This document shows, one piece after another, positions 58,531 through 64,000 of a stretch of 64,000 nt of DNA; the first letter of the stretch is position 1, and every line of letters begins with the position of its first letter. This DNA comes from a virus. Lineage: Duplodnaviria > Caudoviricetes. The notes beneath the pieces are model-generated. The model was not told where the DNA came from. It did not search any database and worked only from the letters and a program-made list of their open reading frames with translations. Made by a program: the position numbers and the translations under genes. The stretch is taken from IMG/VR virus record IMGVR_UViG_3300021962_000022. One strand, given 5' to 3'.

Positions 58531-59447
58531 TATTCTGTTATAGTATCAAAGTTTAAGGTTTCATCTACATCATTTCTTTCTTCACGAATCTCATATAATG
58601 TCTCATTAAATTCGTCTTTAACTTCGTAAAGATTGTATTGTCTATAGATATTATTGTTGTTGTCATAAATGGTATAGATACCTTGTGAAACCGCCTTACT
58701 TTGATTACCATACAGAGCGTGTGCCAGTGTTGAAGCGTCGTGTTCAACCATTTCAATCTCTATCGTGGTTGGATTTAAATATGTGTTTGTTAAAATGATT
58801 TTTTGTGATGGTACACCAATAAATGGTACTGTATTTGGCTTGTTAGTGGGGGCTGAAGATGGTGTTACCGTTAGGAACATTAAATTCGTTGCTTGTTCAC
58901 TATATTGATATCTAATCGCTTTTTGTGACGTACTTGTTAAATTTGAAACGATTGGTGTACAGTAGAAAGATGATGTAACAATTCTATAAAAATTTGGTAT
59001 TTTTTTATTGTCAGAAGAATTGATGTATTCTATTCTATATCCGACTAATCCTTGTGGTGTAAATTTGTTTCTATCGTCAGCAGGGACGTTTGATAAATCG
59101 ATAACCAAACCTCTAACTGAGGGTAATGATGCTAAAATTCCACAATCAGTAATACTTGTTCTTATCTGTTTTGGTCGAATGTGTAAAGTATAAACACCTA
59201 AATCAGCAAAATCATCTGCGGTTAGTTTTAAATTATACAACCCACCTAAAATTTCGACATTTGGTGCTGAGGTGTCTTCCGTAGTATCTGAATTATGATA
59301 CACGGGTGTTAATACCTCAACTGAACTTAATTTTTTAAGTGTAACAGTTGACGTGCTATTTCTATCCGAAACATAGTGAAAATAAATTTCAACATCTTCC
59401 GGCGATACATCTGATGGTCTAATTATACCGTAACTACCTACTGCCAT
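58530..59447 (-). CDS. Putative structural protein
   Basis: 305 aa, preceded by TATTTAT, coupled to the downstream gene. Confidence 0.55.
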   Translation of the reverse strand: MAVGSYGIIRPSDVSPEDVEIYFHYVSDRNSTSTVTLKKLSSVEVLTPVYHNSDTTEDTSAPNVEILGGLYNLKLTADDFADLGVYTLHIRPKQIRTSITDCGILASLPSVRGLVIDLSNVPADDRNKFTPQGLVGYRIEYINSSDNKKIPNFYRIVTSSFYCTPIVSNLTSTSQKAIRYQYSEQATNLMFLTVTPSSAPTNKPNTVPFIGVPSQKIILTNTYLNPTTIEIEMVEHDASTLAHALYGNQSKAVSQGIYTIYDNNNNIYRQYNLYEVKDEFNETLYEIREERNDVDETLNFDTITE

Positions 59448-59471
59448 GTTTTTTAATAATAAATATAAAAT

Positions 59472-60638
59472 TTATTGTTTTCTAATATTAAAATATCCAT
59501 TTCCGTAAATTGATAATTCTCCTGTGTTATCAATTTCGGATAATCGTAATGTTTTTTCCATAACTCCTTGTTTACCTCTCTCTACGAAAATATCCGAATA
59601 AATTACCGGTTCGTCAATGAATCCTAAGAAATGTTCGTTCCTTGTAATAACTTTATTTATCACCTCTTCTTTAGTGAAACCTGAAGTTGTACCTGTAATT
59701 GTTGTAATTCCATCCGCAAAATCTTGATAATATAAATTGTCAATGGTGTAGGCACTGTACGAAACACCGTTTGTGACACCAGTGGTGACACCTGAGTAGG
59801 TGTTTGTACCATATAATTTTAATTCACTGATTTTACTCTTACCTATAGCAGCATATGTAAATGTGGTGTAACCTGTATTCAAACCTGAGTAATCCAAATC
59901 ATTTAGATAATTTTGTGTTTGACCTGTAATATTTGTATAAGGTATTGTGAATCCTGAGAAAGTTCCAAGTGGATTACTTACAGTGGTGTTGGATGGTACT
60001 TGTACCTTTTTCTTTGTTTCAAACTGACTCCAAGGAGTGTTGATTGATATTGATATCGTCGTCTCACCTGTTGATGAGTAAGTTTTTGACGCGGTGATAC
60101 CTGTTGTTGATAAAATACTTGTTGTGCCATCACCCCAATCCACAGTAAAGTCAATAAAGTGTATTTCGGAAACTTTAGTTGTGTCCACGGTATTGTAAAC
60201 TTGAACTGTGTTACCTGTTTGTGTATAAGAAAAATTACATATCTGTTCAACTTGTTCTAAGTTACCGTCAAATCCAACCATAACACCCATTTCATCAATG
60301 TGAGTTTCCAAGAATATTGGTAACATATGTTCACCATATGCCTCACCTTTGGTGATGTTTTCCCAAGCGTACAATTCAAGGCTTAAATCACATCCCTCAT
60401 CACCGTAAGAAGTTGTTGCAATACTATTACCTGTCCAAACATAGTACCCCGAAGAGACTGTTCCGCCGGTTACGTTATAAACAACAAATCCATCTAATGG
60501 GTCTAAATACTGTGATTCTGACCATGATATTAAACTACCCAAACTATTGTACCAATACGGTCCATCGTTTGAATACAATTTAACATTAGGAATATTCTTC
60601 CTAAGTATCTCGTATTTTGTGGGTGATTTAATATCCAT
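59472..60638 (-). CDS. Putative structural protein with PKD-like domain
   Basis: FTVDWGDGT...KTYSSTG.TTISIS PKD-type motif. Confidence 0.6.
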   Translation of the reverse strand: MDIKSPTKYEILRKNIPNVKLYSNDGPYWYNSLGSLISWSESQYLDPLDGFVVYNVTGGTVSSGYYVWTGNSIATTSYGDEGCDLSLELYAWENITKGEAYGEHMLPIFLETHIDEMGVMVGFDGNLEQVEQICNFSYTQTGNTVQVYNTVDTTKVSEIHFIDFTVDWGDGTTSILSTTGITASKTYSSTGETTISISINTPWSQFETKKKVQVPSNTTVSNPLGTFSGFTIPYTNITGQTQNYLNDLDYSGLNTGYTTFTYAAIGKSKISELKLYGTNTYSGVTTGVTNGVSYSAYTIDNLYYQDFADGITTITGTTSGFTKEEVINKVITRNEHFLGFIDEPVIYSDIFVERGKQGVMEKTLRLSEIDNTGELSIYGNGYFNIRKQ

Positions 60639-61468
60639 TATTGTTTTCTCTCATAAAAATTTATTGGTGCGGATGTGGTTCCTTTTCTCGTACCTAATGA
60701 ACCATTATATGCGTAAACGATATAAGAATAATCCGTCCTATCTATAATTACTTTATAATAAACATCTTCTTCTTCAACGTAAGGTGTCGTCGCGTTTACC
60801 GTTTTTGATTTATTAACAAAATCTATAACACTACCGTCTTTCGCATTGTAATATTTGGCGGTCATATAGAATGTGTTACCTGTGATATTGGTTTCACTAA
60901 ATGGTGAATCATCAGCAAACCAAAAAAAGTACATATTTTCTGTATTTCTATAATTTGAACCAGTAAAAACTGGTACGTAGATAAAATCATTTAATGGTAG
61001 TGTTGCACCTGATGGAGTACCTGTATAATATATTCTTTCACCTAAGGGTAGTGATAAATTTTTCGCAAAAACTAACCTTCTGTTTGTTTGGTTTGGTGAT
61101 TGGTCATTGTTTGTTTTATAAAATTCTAATCTGAAAAAACTTTCTGTTGATTGTTTTAACATTTTTGAATTTTCTTCCATGGTAATTGATACATCTTCAT
61201 AATTTTGAGAGTAGTTACCAAGACTGTTTAAAAAATAAAAGTTATACCATATATCAGTTTGTTGATATGGAGTACCATAGGGTGGCATTTGTTCATACGA
61301 GGAATGTATATATCTTACGGTCTCGTAATTTTCTGTTGGGTTGATTATTTCATAAAGAATTTCTTGCTCCATTTCTTGGGCATTATCTGTCCATCCTAAA
61401 TCAGTTTTAAACATCTGATTTGAAGAAATTAAAATGGATTGGTCGTTATTTTTAGCAAGAATTTTCAT
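60638..61468 (-). CDS. Putative structural protein
   Basis: 276 aa, aromatic/beta-rich, coupled. Confidence 0.5.
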   Translation of the reverse strand: MKILAKNNDQSILISSNQMFKTDLGWTDNAQEMEQEILYEIINPTENYETVRYIHSSYEQMPPYGTPYQQTDIWYNFYFLNSLGNYSQNYEDVSITMEENSKMLKQSTESFFRLEFYKTNNDQSPNQTNRRLVFAKNLSLPLGERIYYTGTPSGATLPLNDFIYVPVFTGSNYRNTENMYFFWFADDSPFSETNITGNTFYMTAKYYNAKDGSVIDFVNKSKTVNATTPYVEEEDVYYKVIIDRTDYSYIVYAYNGSLGTRKGTTSAPINFYERKQ

Positions 61469-61469
61469 A

Positions 61470-63230
61470 TTAACATTTAAACTTATTTACATTTTTAACC
61501 GCGTCTTGTTTATTTGTGTAAATGTTTTCATTTCGTAAATAGAAATTGATGTCACTTTTTACATAATGAATATTGTTTATGAATGGATAGTTTGTCCCAA
61601 AACCCTCTGGGTCTATAAATCCATGGTCATATAAATCTCTCCATTTCCAAAGAGCTTCGTCTTCCATATATTTCGCATTCTGTGGTAATCCATAAACTTG
61701 GTTTGTTTTGGATGTTTCTATATAAGGGGAAAGTTGTCTTAATTTTACTCTGTGGTGTGGTTGATAAAACAACCCATACATGTTTGTAATTGAACCACCC
61801 GAAAAAGTACTTGTTGTACCTGTTTGTCCATAATCAAAAACAAAAAGTGGGTTTGAAAATCTATGATATGCCTCACTTATTATTCTCTCTTGTAATTCTG
61901 TACGATTATACTCAACAAACGCCCCGTGTAAAACAGTGTTCAATGGTAAGTCTGTTCCTGATACAAAATTGTATGTTGTGGCACTAATTGTTCTACTAAA
62001 TCCACTAGTTGTTATGGATGTTTCAGTTGAACCCGTTCCATTAAAATGTTTATCAACCCAAGTATTGTGAAAATTAAATTTCCACCCAACTTTTGGTGGG
62101 TATTGAAAATATCCATTTCTGTTAGCTAATATGACTGTTACATACAAATCTGTTGGTAGGTAACCTAAATTGTTTGTTAATCCTGTTAAAATAAATGGTT
62201 CTTTAAAATCATAAATTAAAGATTCCATCATGTTCCTCTCAACTAAAACGTCTGAAACTCCGGCACTATTTTCTAACAATAATTTTCTTTCGTTTTCCCA
62301 AATTGATGATTCAAATCCAATCTTATCTAAGATATAATCTTCTCTTTCTGTAAGTGTTTTATGTTTATGAACGTAGTAACTCGATGTTGAACCTGTGATG
62401 TTATTCCTATCAAGACATCTTTTACCAAAAACAACAGTCGATAGTGTTGTTCCCGATGGTAATTCGGATTTTGATATTTCTAAAACATATTTTTCAGAAT
62501 CATATATTGAATCCCCAACACTTATAATACTAAATGTTCTACCTGTAACATTTACGGTATTGTTGAAACTTCCACCACTAAGTGTAATGAATTCACCTGA
62601 TGACATTCCATGTTCAACGGGACTAGTAAATTTATAAGAATTAGGTAAACTTTCGACTCTAAATGGTATACCGTCACCAGCAGTAAAACTAAATGAAGTC
62701 CCACCACTTAAAGTATATTTCATTGGATAGGTACTGTCCTGACCATACACATAGGATAAATAAACATTCCAATTGTGGTAAGGAGCATCTATACTTGTTA
62801 TCGTGACATGTTCAGTTTCACCAGAATAAGTTATAACGGGTGTGTATGTTGTTAAAGATGATACCGTTTGTATGGTGTTCACTTGTCTGAATACATCTTT
62901 TCTTAGGAACGCAAATTCTTGATAAGGTAAAAACCCATCAAAATTATTATTACTACCATCTCCAACTAAATAAAGTCTCTTTAAAAGTGGGTTATATTCA
63001 GATGACCCACTATAAAGATTCCTAAAGACCATTTTTAATTTACCATGTATCTTATAATTGGTGCTCTCGTTCCTTTCTTTATTGAATAATTCGGCATTAT
63101 TTAAGATTATCGTTCTATCACCTTCTCTTAAAAGATTTTCGGTTTCCTCTAATCCAACTCGAATCGTTTGGTCTTCATTAATTGAGCCAAAAAACTTTTT
63201 AGATGGTAATATGATTCTTTTTTTATCCAT
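61470..63230 (-). CDS. Putative structural protein
   Basis: 586 aa, beta-rich, coupled. Confidence 0.5.
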   Translation of the reverse strand: MDKKRIILPSKKFFGSINEDQTIRVGLEETENLLREGDRTIILNNAELFNKERNESTNYKIHGKLKMVFRNLYSGSSEYNPLLKRLYLVGDGSNNNFDGFLPYQEFAFLRKDVFRQVNTIQTVSSLTTYTPVITYSGETEHVTITSIDAPYHNWNVYLSYVYGQDSTYPMKYTLSGGTSFSFTAGDGIPFRVESLPNSYKFTSPVEHGMSSGEFITLSGGSFNNTVNVTGRTFSIISVGDSIYDSEKYVLEISKSELPSGTTLSTVVFGKRCLDRNNITGSTSSYYVHKHKTLTEREDYILDKIGFESSIWENERKLLLENSAGVSDVLVERNMMESLIYDFKEPFILTGLTNNLGYLPTDLYVTVILANRNGYFQYPPKVGWKFNFHNTWVDKHFNGTGSTETSITTSGFSRTISATTYNFVSGTDLPLNTVLHGAFVEYNRTELQERIISEAYHRFSNPLFVFDYGQTGTTSTFSGGSITNMYGLFYQPHHRVKLRQLSPYIETSKTNQVYGLPQNAKYMEDEALWKWRDLYDHGFIDPEGFGTNYPFINNIHYVKSDINFYLRNENIYTNKQDAVKNVNKFKC

Positions 63231-64000
63231 TATTCTTGAGTCGGGAATGCACCTTTCGGTCCAAATAATTTTATGAATTTATCAATAGCAGTTGCTCCCG
63301 GTCTTAATCCAAAATAGAATAAGAATGGTGTGGAAAGAATTTGTTTAGTACCTGTATAGTTTACGTCTGTTGGTTTTAATATAAAATCAACATCGAAATT
63401 CCAAGGTTTTGATTCCCAACCACCTAATTCACCTACTCTAATCCATAAAGTACCACCTAATGGAGTCGCGGTGGTTCCTGATGTAATATGTAAAACGGTA
63501 AAACCTTCTTCTTGATTATTATAGTTCAAGTGAACGTCCGTGGTATCTTCTACATCAAATGAACCATCATTAACATCCGCACCTGCAATTGTAAATGTGT
63601 TACCCGAATAATCTTTAGTCATTGGGAACAACAAGTAATTATAAGTGGTATCACCAGTGAATGCATAGTTATATGTCATCCCTTGTAATCTTTGAGAAAC
63701 CACTGTTGAGTAATCCCATGATTGACCATATCCTTCACCAAATCCTTGACCTTTTTTGTCCCAATAAAAGAATGGAACTATTTGAGAAGATTCTGTTAAT
63801 CTACCTGGTTCATTTAAACAAACTCTTACTCTATAACCTTCATCATCAAAAACAAAATTTATCGGCATCGGTCCATTTGCAGAACCTGATTGTGATTTGA
63901 ATAGTTGTTGATAATCATCGGGGTCTAATATTGTTGGACTGTATTGACCGTAATATCTATTTTGTAAATCAAATTCTTCAATACCAACTTCGTTATTAAT
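63230..64000 (-). CDS. Putative structural protein, 5' end beyond the window edge
   Basis: The frame of the 212-aa ORF stays open for 44 more codons to position 64000 (INNEVGIEEFDLQNRYYGQ...). Confidence 0.6.
   Translation of the reverse strand: MNNEVGIEEFDLQNRYYGQYSPTILDPDDYQQLFKSQSGSANGPMPINFVFDDEGYRVRVCLNEPGRLTESSQIVPFFYWDKKGQGFGEGYGQSWDYSTVVSQRLQGMTYNYAFTGDTTYNYLLFPMTKDYSGNTFTIAGADVNDGSFDVEDTTDVHLNYNNQEEGFTVLHITSGTTATPLGGTLWIRVGELGGWESKPWNFDVDFILKPTDVNYTGTKQILSTPFLFYFGLRPGATAIDKFIKLFGPKGAFPTQE

Noticed and set aside
1-64000. Stop-codon reassignment, tRNA, rRNA, integrase or transposase
   Set aside because: Genes are full length under the standard code with TAA, TGA and TAG as stops; no such RNA genes or mobility enzymes were recognised

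Overview
AT-rich, densely coding 64-kb segment of a large lytic (jumbo-type) dsDNA phage, probably of a Bacteroidota host. Host evidence: an Hc1-type histone-like protein, a short RpoD-like sigma, and A-rich leaders without Shine-Dalgarno motifs. Standard stop codons are used. Four blocks: (1) 27-10080 (+), a 13-gene glycan synthesis/modification operon (WecB, a GDP-mannose 3,5-epimerase, STELLO/RGP-like, GT-D-like, several other glycosyltransferase-like genes, two FkbM methyltransferases), closed by a bidirectional terminator; (2) 10090-23480 (mostly -), redox, AAA ATPase, Dam-family methylase, putative head proteins, a membrane/lysis-like module, sigma factor and ClpP; (3) 23519-30700 (-), SbcC/SbcD, PD-(D/E)XK nuclease, primase and RuvC; (4) 30740-64000 (-), tail/baseplate-like structural genes, including four Thr/Pro/Ser-repeat proteins, one of them a 5331-aa mucin-like protein. 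The best candidate for an undescribed system is a phage analogue of the streptococcal serine-rich-repeat glycoprotein systems: a giant protein with Ser/Thr at alternating positions plus its own glycosylation locus. The link between the two loci is inference. Other notable signals: a candidate -1 frameshift at an A10 run (19222-19231), a ~90-nt promoter/hairpin/terminator ncRNA candidate (29965-30055), an amidase lacking two Zn ligands, apparent GATC avoidance, two promoter classes, and a recurrent [S/T]-G-x-[T/S] motif in the structural proteins. No tRNA, rRNA, CRISPR array or integrase was seen. All family assignments come from motif recognition by eye, not database searches.
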